Positions 15,064 to 23,620 of a stretch of 32,000 nt of DNA are shown here, piece by piece. The notes under the pieces are model-generated. The model did no database searches, was not told the DNA's origin, and saw nothing but the letters and a program-made list of their open reading frames with translations. The stretch is from Candidatus Poseidoniaceae archaeon (lineage in GTDB: Archaea > Thermoplasmatota > Poseidoniia > Poseidoniales > Poseidoniaceae). The stretch spans positions 60,001-92,000 of the forward strand of contig CALSTM010000003.1 of the NCBI GenBank assembly GCA_943789275.1, given 5' to 3'. Position 1 is the stretch's first letter. Each line of letters opens with the position of its first letter. Position numbers and translations under genes: made by a program.

Positions 15064-16830
15064 ATGGCCGGGTCAAATGGAGCGCAGGCTTTGCTCCTCG
15101 TTCTGATAATGAGTCTTGCACCTCTCTCTGGGTGTTTTGGAGAAAATATGAGTTCTCGCGTGAACTCTGAGAGTGATGTTGTTGTGACGCCTGAAACGCT
15201 TTCGGGTGGAGTCTTCCAAGGGATGACGATTGCTGCTGAAAAAGACCTCTCAGCATTTATTCCTTACCTGATCTTGAATGAAGATTCTGGTTATGTTCAA
15301 AATTCGACCGTTATCGATTTAGAGGCAGGAGAGTCTGTATTACTGAATGTGTTGGCTCCACCGAGAACCGATACTGCTGTTGTTTTGATTGGAGATTTTG
15401 GGCGTGACACATGGCCAATTCGGTCCATTGATGAGTCGTGGAAAACGTGGTATGAGCGCGGCGGCCACCAATCGAATAACAACCCTGGAATTGTGAGGGT
15501 AGCGGGAGTAAATGGTTCCCTTGATACGGTGGAAAACCTCAACGGTAGCGCTGATTCAGCAATTGCAATCACTCTTGAAGTGAAGAGGCAAATGGCTGCA
15601 GCATACAGTGAAGCTGATGGTGGGCGGCATTCCACTGGAATCGTTGACGGTCGAACGACGTTCAACTACCTCTCGATGTTATCTGATGAGTCCTCGGACC
15701 CCACAGATGCTGCTGACGGCGCTATTGGTTACCTCGACCGGTGGGCGGGGCAAGGAAACGCTGCATACGAAGACGCTGCACAATATCTCATTCAAACACT
15801 CGAAAGTTTTGGTTTAGAAGTCATCACCCAGAGGTTCACCTATGATTCATTGATGACGGGCGCTCAAAATCCTGAAGCATACAATATTTGTGGCTACAGA
15901 TTTGGCGACGTTGATCCGGACAAGTGGATGGTGTTTGGGGCACACTTCGATATTGCACCGCCAGTTAATGGTGGTATGTTGGACCCACACTTCTTCGGGC
16001 GAACATATGGAACACGGGTTGGGGCCTACGACAATACTGCTGGAACAAGTATGGTTTTGACTGTGGCTGAAGCAATGGCTGGGTACAATACTCGTAACAC
16101 AATGGTGTTCTGTTTATGGTCGGGAGAAGAAGGTGGAAAGCGCGGCAGTGATTTTTGGACTGATTACTGGGTAAAGGAAGAGAACCCGAATGTTGAAGTT
16201 ACCAATTATGTGAATTTGGATATGGCTGGCGTGAACTGGCCTGGTGGCGGTGGCGCACCTTGTGGCAACGGACACGGCGGCGGTGCTGCAGGATGCGACC
16301 CTGAGCCAGAAGTCGACCCAGATGGATATCCAAAAGATTCTGAAGTATGGCCAATGCGTGTGTATATTGGCCCAAGTCTTGACCACGATGTGATGAATCA
16401 ACCTGGTATGGTTGGTCTCGCGATGTGGATTGGTTCTGATGCTATTGGTGTTGAAGAGCAAATGGCCCCACTTGTTGGCGAAGGATACGATGCAGAAACT
16501 TGGAAGGTTGATGATTGGATGGCAAAAGACCGACCTGAAATCATCGTCTACGAGGATACAACTGCGCGTTCTGACCACGCAACTTTCCAAGATAATTTAG
16601 GAACGGTTACAATGGGCTTTGGAGGCCTTGTCGATGGATATTGGTGTTATCACCAAACGTGTGATACGGTTGATGAGATGGTCGATTGGATGGACACCAC
16701 GGGTAAAGACTACGGAGATGAACAATCTGGAACAAGTAACCTTGTTGATGCACTTGATACGATTACTTGGTGGGCGACCTACTCGTTTTTCCACCTTGAT
16801 GAAACACCGGTTCGCAACGCCTACCTCTAA
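15064..16830 (+). CDS. Secreted M28-family metallopeptidase, paralog 2 (with Gly/Cys-rich insertion)
   Basis: Signal LVLIMSLAPLSGCFGEN. AHFDIAP, GAYDNTAGTSMVL, CLWSGEEGGKRGS, VNLDMAG and SDHATF. Aligns along its whole length with 9880..11475 but carries the extra segment GGGGAPCGNGHGGGAAGCDPEPEVDPDGYPKDSE. Confidence 0.8.
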   Translation: MAGSNGAQALLLVLIMSLAPLSGCFGENMSSRVNSESDVVVTPETLSGGVFQGMTIAAEKDLSAFIPYLILNEDSGYVQNSTVIDLEAGESVLLNVLAPPRTDTAVVLIGDFGRDTWPIRSIDESWKTWYERGGHQSNNNPGIVRVAGVNGSLDTVENLNGSADSAIAITLEVKRQMAAAYSEADGGRHSTGIVDGRTTFNYLSMLSDESSDPTDAADGAIGYLDRWAGQGNAAYEDAAQYLIQTLESFGLEVITQRFTYDSLMTGAQNPEAYNICGYRFGDVDPDKWMVFGAHFDIAPPVNGGMLDPHFFGRTYGTRVGAYDNTAGTSMVLTVAEAMAGYNTRNTMVFCLWSGEEGGKRGSDFWTDYWVKEENPNVEVTNYVNLDMAGVNWPGGGGAPCGNGHGGGAAGCDPEPEVDPDGYPKDSEVWPMRVYIGPSLDHDVMNQPGMVGLAMWIGSDAIGVEEQMAPLVGEGYDAETWKVDDWMAKDRPEIIVYEDTTARSDHATFQDNLGTVTMGFGGLVDGYWCYHQTCDTVDEMVDWMDTTGKDYGDEQSGTSNLVDALDTITWWATYSFFHLDETPVRNAYL

Positions 16831-19800
16831 TCCCTGCGGGTGAATTCTCTCTGATCAATTGGTATTGTTTCATCGATGTCTTCGCTGCTATCATAGCCGG
16901 CTCGATGCATTGTATAGCGAATGAAGCCCCAAGCAACTTGGAGTGCGTATTTCTTTTGTTCGGGCGTAAGGCCTCCACCAATTTGTTTCCGGCCAAGGAA
17001 ATAGAAGTGGTCTTTGGAAAAGTTGTTCGGTGGATTGCTAAAATCTGCGGGGGAGAATATGTTCTTTTCTTTGAATAAATAATCGACTGGGTCCATCATT
17101 AGGCGGAAGAAATCACGGAGTTGTTCGTTGTTTGACATTAGAGAGCTTAGCGTAAGGGTAGAATCGCCGTTCTGTTCGATATCTTCGACGAGGGTATCCA
17201 TGAATTCATCAAAAGAATTCGTTTGTTCATTTCCGATTTTCATCATTTCAAACAACACCCGCCAATCCAGTTGATGATCTTCTAAGCGTGTTTCCTTTGT
17301 AATTCCGGGTGTACGAAGTATCGAAAGAGCAAGTGTTCGCCCGGGTGAGGATTTCATTGAAGTGTGGGGTACAGGGGATGTTTTGCTATCAAAGCGGTTC
17401 GCCATAGCATAACAGATATGATGGATAATTCGCTTCCTGTTTCGACTGTTTGCTCCACCAATCGCTTTTGATAGGCCGTTGAGATTGTTGATAATCCATT
17501 TTTTACGTGGATCCTCGGCGCCTCTTGATGAAAGTGCAGGTGGATATGCGATGTCGAATGCCGACATGCGTGGTTGGTGTATGCCAGAGTTCTGGTCTGG
17601 TAATTGGCGAACGGTTGTTGTACCGTCTTCATTTGTCGTCTCGATTGAAGAACGATAGTAAAACGGTACAAAATTAACAGATGTGCGAATTCTTTGAATT
17701 GTCTTTTCCGGTAATCCAAACTGTTCAGCAAGTTGCTTTGTAGTGCGTCCACTCGAGGAAATTAACTCGGCGTCTCGACCAGAAATGCCTCTGTGTTTTT
17801 GGAATCGGTAAGCAGGATGAAAGCGCATAGGGTTCACATTTCTCGCTTCTTCAAAGCCTTCAGGCGTGACATCTAATCCATCGACAAGTCCTGTTAAAGC
17901 TCCGATAAAGAAGGCGGTTCTGGAATTGATGTTGAAATGCGACTCGACACGGGTTAAAATTCCTATTTTTTGCAGTTCTTCACCTTTTTCAGGAGTCCAA
18001 TCGTTCGGAGGAATGTACTCTCCACAATTCACCATGGAGAAGAATATTTGTAAAAACCTGAGCGGGGAGCACTTTCGGAAGTGGTGTTCGAAATAACTTT
18101 TCAGGGAGTCAACCACCTTTTTTCCCCCTTGAGGTGAAACGAATGTCTCGTGTTCAACTTCTACAGATGCTGCGTTACCACCCAGAGAGAATTGGTGCTC
18201 TAATGCTCCATACAGCAAAATCGCCAACCATGCTGACCACGCCTCATCGACTCGCTCTTCGTTGGTGAAAGGTATGCGTGTCGTGAGAACATTGTCGGGG
18301 TTGGTTAAATCTTCGGTAAGATGAGCGAAATGTTCGGAAAAATCCTTTTTCCGCTTCTTTTCCTCATCAGTTCTGCCGCTTAATTCTGCAAATATCTTCG
18401 GTGCAACGTCATTGACGCTTTGGTAAATTCGATTGTAAAAACCACGCTCACTCGTGAGTATTCGCTCACCGTCTGTATTTGATGCCGTGTATTGAAGAAC
18501 AATTTGGAATAAGAAATGAAGTCGTTCTTCGATGAATTGTGGGTCGAGTCGATACGACATATCTCGGGCATTGGTCGTGAATACCTCGCCAAGTTTACTC
18601 GCTTGCCCCGAATCGACATGGTGTTGTTCAGCTTTGAGGGTTAGCCTCGGACCTGCTATTAGATCGATCATTAGGGTACTAAACATTTGTTCAGCGCGTT
18701 TACTTCGTCGTAAAACCCCTCCTTGGTCAAACTCGTCAAGAAGGTCGTTCATAAGACCTGAATTTTGGACAAGTGCCTGGGATGGGAAATTCATGAACAG
18801 CATGAGGTCGATGGCGAGTTGTTTCGATTTGCGCCAAGTTTGTACCTTTGAGAGGGATTTGCCAATCAGAGAGAGATAATCGAAAAAGGCGGATGAGGAG
18901 GATGGTGGTCGGATTCCTTCAACATTGAAATACCATGTCAACCAAAGGGATTTGCCATCGTTCGAAAGGGGTTTTGGTGGACTTGAAGCCAGGCCGTCAA
19001 GGGTGTTTGAGACAACTGCGGACCAGAATTTCGCATTGTTAAACAACCGACGCATAGGGAGTTCCGGGTCTTCACCCCCGAACTCAATAAATTGGACATC
19101 AAGGATATCCACAAAAAACTCTTCAAGAGACGGGTGGCTTTTCCTCGCAAAATGATTGAGGAGATGCGGTTTCTCAGCATGGAAAAAGAAATTCTTCACC
19201 ATCGCTAAACTGGTCTCCTCGGGCCATCTCATGGCCGGTGTGTTTTCTGTAGACAGTGCCCAAATCATCTGGATTGTGTGCCTCAATTCTTGGCGTTTTA
19301 TCGATGCACTCAGTAGATCGTTTATGGCGCCAGGAGCCTCAACAATTGATTCCCAATCTGGATAGGAATGCGCCATCTCAACCCAGAATGGGGATTGATT
19401 TGGAGCATTAAGGATTTTTTCTATCTCGTCACGTGATGAAGGTGCTAGAGAAAATGTGTCTGGTGAAAGTATATGTTCGAACACCGAATGGTCTATCTGT
19501 TCAAAGATATGCAGTAAAATTTTGTCGAGGGTGTGGGCTTTAGCATCTAAAATGACATTTTTACCACTCATTCGCTCTACAGTTTGAACAAGTGAGGGTT
19601 TGGTAAAGTGAGGTTTGAATTGAGCATTGAATGAAAGATTGTCATCGATGATGACGCCTTCTCCTTTTTTCAGTTTGTATTCATCAAAATGTATTCCGAG
19701 AATGTCTTTACCGATGAGGTGGAGAATATACGGATGGTGTTCTGCGCACATCGATGCGTCTTGTAACACATATTCAAGGAAGGGTTCAAGTAAATCTCCA

Positions 19801-22800
19801 AGTGAATAATAGGTCTCAATAGGAAGGGTTCCGTCAAAACACCCTTTCGACAAGGACGTCAAAAATATCTCAATGACTCCGGACGACGACTGGTCGGAAA
19901 GCTCACCCCACCCCGGAGTGGTGCTGTACTGTTTTCTAAAGGCTGTGAGGGCGGTTGGGAGTCGAACTTGATTGCCGATGAATGTGTCTGCCTCTGCATT
20001 GCTGGTTCCTGAAAGAAGGAGGGTTGAAAATACGGGTATTGGCGCTGATTGAGATTTGATCAAATCACTGTTTTTTACTGCAAGTAAGTTGCTCCACGAT
20101 TGCCTTTCATTTGCAAAGTTGTTGATTTGCGACTCATCAAGAACCCATCGGAGATAATCGTTGATGCTGTATCCTTCAACGTTGCTTTCCCTACGTAGAG
20201 CGTCTGAGATAAATTGGTCGAGATTTATCTTTGCCTGGCTCATATCAAGCATTTGAATTTCGAGTTCTGAAACTGTTTGCTCAGAAAGGGTTGGTAGGCT
20301 GAAGACAATGGATTCAGGTGCGTCAAAATAGGTGTTAATTCTCAACGCATGCTCAGCCTTTGCTGTTTGTGGAAAAGGTTCGCGAGTAACAAGAAGGAGG
20401 CGGAATTCAGGGCGAGAAAGGAGCACATTCATTCGAGTCATGATGTTTTGATACAATTGTAGAAAGTTCTTCACCGATTGTTTGGACGGTTCGGAATCTC
20501 TTTTCATCCATGTGCGAATTCGTTCTTCAATACTGGATTTGTTCAATCCTTTGTTTAAATTCCCTTCCGCATCGGAATAAAACATCTCATAGGGGTTGAA
20601 GATGACAACACCGGAAAATTCCAGCCCTTTGACCGTCTCGCCGTTGTAAGTTGTAAAATTTCCAACCGATTCCAAATCCTTTCCAAGAGTTGATTCGTAA
20701 GGAGTAATGATGGAAGTCTTCGAAGTGACAGATATTTCTCGGGCGTTGCGGTGAAGTGAGTCAATAACATGTCGAACATGCTCATCGGTAGGTGCAGATA
20801 TGATTGATATTTTACAATCGGCGTTCTTTTCATTTGCCATATCGCTGATTTTGAGGAAGTCGCGTGGGTAATTTGGCATCGTTTCTGTTGGGTATTGATC
20901 TGCAAAAGTGCTACGGAAAGTGTCGTTAAGTACTGCAATGTTCGGGGCATTGCGGTAAACTTGTTTCAGCGTCTGTAAATCTGAATCAATGTTTTGAGAG
21001 ATCCCGAAAGAAAGGAGGCGGTCGAGTTCGGAGTGGGCTCGCTCTTCAGTCCATGTCAAAATTTCAATGGTTTTTTGGCAGAAATCAAACCATGCAAAAC
21101 CGCTCCTGTTCACCGTTTGCAAATCGTCTCCGGCAACCAAAATCGATTGAGAAGAAAACCCTGGTTTGAGAAGGAGGAGAAGCAGTGCCATCGTTGAAGG
21201 GGTTATGTCTTGAACTTCGTCGATCATCAACATGTCAAACCGGTGCTCAGACTTCCCACGGTTACGCGTCAGTTGTTTTCGAGCGAGGAACGACGCGTGA
21301 GGGTAAATCTTCCACTTGCTGTCAAGCGTGTAAAAACAAAATTGAGCGAAGAGTTCCCTTTGAGTTCTGGTTCCTGTGACCGAGCGGCCTTCGTGTTCTT
21401 CGTAAGCTGTTTCATCATCAATTGTCTTGTTCACAGCACCACTTGAATGGTGAAAAAGGGTGGTGAAATCAGACCATGCATCTGTGTAGGACGGAGGTGG
21501 CGTTGTACCTTGGCCCTTCTTTTCAAACCAGAGATCAAGTGCTTGTTTGAAGCGAGAATAGTCGAGAAGTTTGACGGAGTGAAGCATCGAATCTTCCGAT
21601 TCCCGCAACACCCCCAAAATGATGTTGGCAACGCTTCGTGCACCAGAACCAGTTTTCTCCATGCCCATAATTCCGCTGTTTTGAGGGCGGCTTGCTCGGT
21701 CAGACCATTGAGCGACGACGCTGTCAACGAGTGGTTTGTTAAGGGTAACATAACGCCACAGCATCTTCTTCGAAGTCGTCTTGAGGTGTTCGACGATGAA
21801 GTTGAGGCAGAAGTATGTTTTCCCAGTCCCTGGTGCCCCACGTAAAAAGAGTGCAGCGTCGTTGTCTGAATCCATGTAATCGCGAAGAATGATGTTTTTC
21901 TCGTTCATTTCATTCTCTTCGGTATCGGAAAGAATATTCAGTTTGTAGGCTTCTTCAATCCAAAGATTCCAATCTGCATTTTCTGCACCACCAATCTCTG
22001 GGTGATAGCTCAAAGCGGCCCCTGTCCAATGAACACGGGCTTTCTCAGCCTCTCTGCGTAGGAGGTCTTTTCCACTTCCTGGTGGGAGTTTACGGAGCGC
22101 AACCGATGGGAATTGGAAGGTTGTTACTTGATTGGAAGTTTGACTGAAAAGTGTTTCCTCAAACAACAACTGATGTGAAAATTCAAACCACTCGTCTGTG
22201 CTTTTTAAGAGGCCGAAACGCATACAGGCGTCGAAGAAAAGGGTTACGTTTTCGTTGTTTAAAGATCGTTTCGATAGTACTTCGTCGCGTAATGGTAAGA
22301 AGGTTTGGAGTTCTTCAGTGTAAGCACTGTTTGGATCGATGGTTGATGAAGCGCCCAGTTTAGTAATTTCTTCAGATAACTCATTTCGATATTTTTTGAG
22401 TTGGGTTGCACTTTTCTTGAGTTGAGTTGAACAGTTCATAACAAACTCTGAAATGAATGCTTCCAGTGAATCCTTAGAATCTCCGCTAAAGGAGGTGGTA
22501 TAATCAGATGCTGAAAAGCGTAGTCGGTGTGTTCGCGACCTTCGAGTAAGCCCCATGATGTGTTTCTCGAAATGAGTTTGAAGCTTTGTTACTCCTGATG
22601 TGTTCATCGTTGAATTTGCTAGAAGATGAATCTGAATCTTAGACCATAAAGAGCGGTAGTAAAGGGTTGAAGGGAGTTCAAGGGTCTGCGTTCCAAGTGG
22701 ACTTGTCCAAACCAAATCCATATGCTCGCCAAGTTGTTGAAAGAACTCGTGTGAGAGTTCGATGTCTTGGGTGCTTTTTACAGTCCACCTGCTTGCGAAA

Positions 22801-23540
22801 AGCGGCATGTATGCTTGGAGATGAGTGGTCCAATTCCTCCATCGTTCATCGTCCAGTTGACTGGGGTTTGGAAACGGGGTACAATGGGTGCTTTCAAGTG
22901 GAGGGAGTTCGATATCCATTGTCCTCTTCAAAATTTTCGTGGGTAATTTTTCTTTGAAATAATTCCACTCATAAGGCCTGCACGTCCAAAATACAGAGAC
23001 GCCCTGTGTTGAGGCTTCGATGAGAAATTCATTCCATTTATCCATGGTGTTCGCCGTACCCGCAGCCTCATCCAAAAGAAGAATGTCAAGTGTGTCAAGC
23101 ACAATGAGTGGTGTTCTGCCTGCCTCCTGTGCAGATTTGGCAAAGTTTTCGAGTGCGTTTTCGTGTTCGGGTGCGTCTTCGTAAAGCAGCGACCCCGTAC
23201 GTATATTTTCCCACATTGACTGGTCTTGGGAAGATTCGGCACGTTGAAACTCAGAATACATCAGTTGGAAGTGTTGTTTAAATTTCTTCATCCCACACAG
23301 AAGTCGGGTGAGATTACGTAATTCTGTGGTCTTACCTAAGGATGGATGTCCGTAGAGCATGAGGTTGAGGGTATGACCTGGGGATGATTTCGAAAGATCT
23401 TTCAGAATACGTTTTCCGATGTAGTTTTGAAAATTACTTGTCACAATAGACCCGTTGGCAAGAAACCGGTCTATGCGTGGGATGAGGTTTCCTTCTTGAG
23501 AGAGTTTTTGAGAAATCTTAGTAAAGATGTCAGAATCCAT
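16827..23540 (-). CDS. Giant (2,237 aa) multidomain protein: N-terminal NACHT/STAND-like NTPase, SF1 UvrD-like helicase, ~1,190-aa uncharacterised C-terminal region with an HTH-like segment
   Basis: Uninterrupted 6.7-kb ORF. P-loop 1: GHPSLGKT (23328..23351), LIVLDTLDILLLDE (23067..23108), FWTCRP (TCRP at 22974..22985). P-loop 2 and helicase motifs: GAPGTGKT (21816..21839), LMIDEVQD (21207..21230), LVAGDDLQTV, QVYRNAP, VKGLEFSGVVIF (20598..20633). HTH-like GRTTKQLAEQFGLPEKTIQRIRTS lies within 17679..17780. GGTGAGGTGAG sits 3 nt upstream of the ATG. Confidence 0.85.
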   Translation of the reverse strand: MDSDIFTKISQKLSQEGNLIPRIDRFLANGSIVTSNFQNYIGKRILKDLSKSSPGHTLNLMLYGHPSLGKTTELRNLTRLLCGMKKFKQHFQLMYSEFQRAESSQDQSMWENIRTGSLLYEDAPEHENALENFAKSAQEAGRTPLIVLDTLDILLLDEAAGTANTMDKWNEFLIEASTQGVSVFWTCRPYEWNYFKEKLPTKILKRTMDIELPPLESTHCTPFPNPSQLDDERWRNWTTHLQAYMPLFASRWTVKSTQDIELSHEFFQQLGEHMDLVWTSPLGTQTLELPSTLYYRSLWSKIQIHLLANSTMNTSGVTKLQTHFEKHIMGLTRRSRTHRLRFSASDYTTSFSGDSKDSLEAFISEFVMNCSTQLKKSATQLKKYRNELSEEITKLGASSTIDPNSAYTEELQTFLPLRDEVLSKRSLNNENVTLFFDACMRFGLLKSTDEWFEFSHQLLFEETLFSQTSNQVTTFQFPSVALRKLPPGSGKDLLRREAEKARVHWTGAALSYHPEIGGAENADWNLWIEEAYKLNILSDTEENEMNEKNIILRDYMDSDNDAALFLRGAPGTGKTYFCLNFIVEHLKTTSKKMLWRYVTLNKPLVDSVVAQWSDRASRPQNSGIMGMEKTGSGARSVANIILGVLRESEDSMLHSVKLLDYSRFKQALDLWFEKKGQGTTPPPSYTDAWSDFTTLFHHSSGAVNKTIDDETAYEEHEGRSVTGTRTQRELFAQFCFYTLDSKWKIYPHASFLARKQLTRNRGKSEHRFDMLMIDEVQDITPSTMALLLLLLKPGFSSQSILVAGDDLQTVNRSGFAWFDFCQKTIEILTWTEERAHSELDRLLSFGISQNIDSDLQTLKQVYRNAPNIAVLNDTFRSTFADQYPTETMPNYPRDFLKISDMANEKNADCKISIISAPTDEHVRHVIDSLHRNAREISVTSKTSIITPYESTLGKDLESVGNFTTYNGETVKGLEFSGVVIFNPYEMFYSDAEGNLNKGLNKSSIEERIRTWMKRDSEPSKQSVKNFLQLYQNIMTRMNVLLSRPEFRLLLVTREPFPQTAKAEHALRINTYFDAPESIVFSLPTLSEQTVSELEIQMLDMSQAKINLDQFISDALRRESNVEGYSINDYLRWVLDESQINNFANERQSWSNLLAVKNSDLIKSQSAPIPVFSTLLLSGTSNAEADTFIGNQVRLPTALTAFRKQYSTTPGWGELSDQSSSGVIEIFLTSLSKGCFDGTLPIETYYSLGDLLEPFLEYVLQDASMCAEHHPYILHLIGKDILGIHFDEYKLKKGEGVIIDDNLSFNAQFKPHFTKPSLVQTVERMSGKNVILDAKAHTLDKILLHIFEQIDHSVFEHILSPDTFSLAPSSRDEIEKILNAPNQSPFWVEMAHSYPDWESIVEAPGAINDLLSASIKRQELRHTIQMIWALSTENTPAMRWPEETSLAMVKNFFFHAEKPHLLNHFARKSHPSLEEFFVDILDVQFIEFGGEDPELPMRRLFNNAKFWSAVVSNTLDGLASSPPKPLSNDGKSLWLTWYFNVEGIRPPSSSSAFFDYLSLIGKSLSKVQTWRKSKQLAIDLMLFMNFPSQALVQNSGLMNDLLDEFDQGGVLRRSKRAEQMFSTLMIDLIAGPRLTLKAEQHHVDSGQASKLGEVFTTNARDMSYRLDPQFIEERLHFLFQIVLQYTASNTDGERILTSERGFYNRIYQSVNDVAPKIFAELSGRTDEEKKRKKDFSEHFAHLTEDLTNPDNVLTTRIPFTNEERVDEAWSAWLAILLYGALEHQFSLGGNAASVEVEHETFVSPQGGKKVVDSLKSYFEHHFRKCSPLRFLQIFFSMVNCGEYIPPNDWTPEKGEELQKIGILTRVESHFNINSRTAFFIGALTGLVDGLDVTPEGFEEARNVNPMRFHPAYRFQKHRGISGRDAELISSSGRTTKQLAEQFGLPEKTIQRIRTSVNFVPFYYRSSIETTNEDGTTTVRQLPDQNSGIHQPRMSAFDIAYPPALSSRGAEDPRKKWIINNLNGLSKAIGGANSRNRKRIIHHICYAMANRFDSKTSPVPHTSMKSSPGRTLALSILRTPGITKETRLEDHQLDWRVLFEMMKIGNEQTNSFDEFMDTLVEDIEQNGDSTLTLSSLMSNNEQLRDFFRLMMDPVDYLFKEKNIFSPADFSNPPNNFSKDHFYFLGRKQIGGGLTPEQKKYALQVAWGFIRYTMHRAGYDSSEDIDETIPIDQREFTRRD

Positions 23541-23594
23541 AATCTCACCTCACCGCATAAAGCAGTACTGCCTGTAAACGTGTTCGCTTTGACG

Positions 23595-23605
23595 TTATAT
23601 AAAAA
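23595..23605 (-). promoter_or_regulatory. TATA-box-like element (TTTTTATATAA on the minus strand) upstream of the giant ORF
   Basis: Lies in the 80-bp gap between the M50 protease stop (23621) and the giant ORF ATG (23540), about 55-65 nt upstream of the ATG. An RBS-like GGTGAGGTGAG follows at 23544..23554. Confidence 0.45.
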
Positions 23606-23620
23606 GAGAAGGAAATGAGA

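Noticed and set aside
19539-19655. Possible PD-(D/E)xK nuclease signature in the giant protein (GVIIDD ... 31 aa ... VILDAKAH, aa ~1296-1334)
   Set aside because: The spacing is longer than typical. No upstream conserved Glu helix could be identified. Such short patterns arise by chance in a 2,237-aa protein. It is worth checking structurally but is not reportable as a domain.
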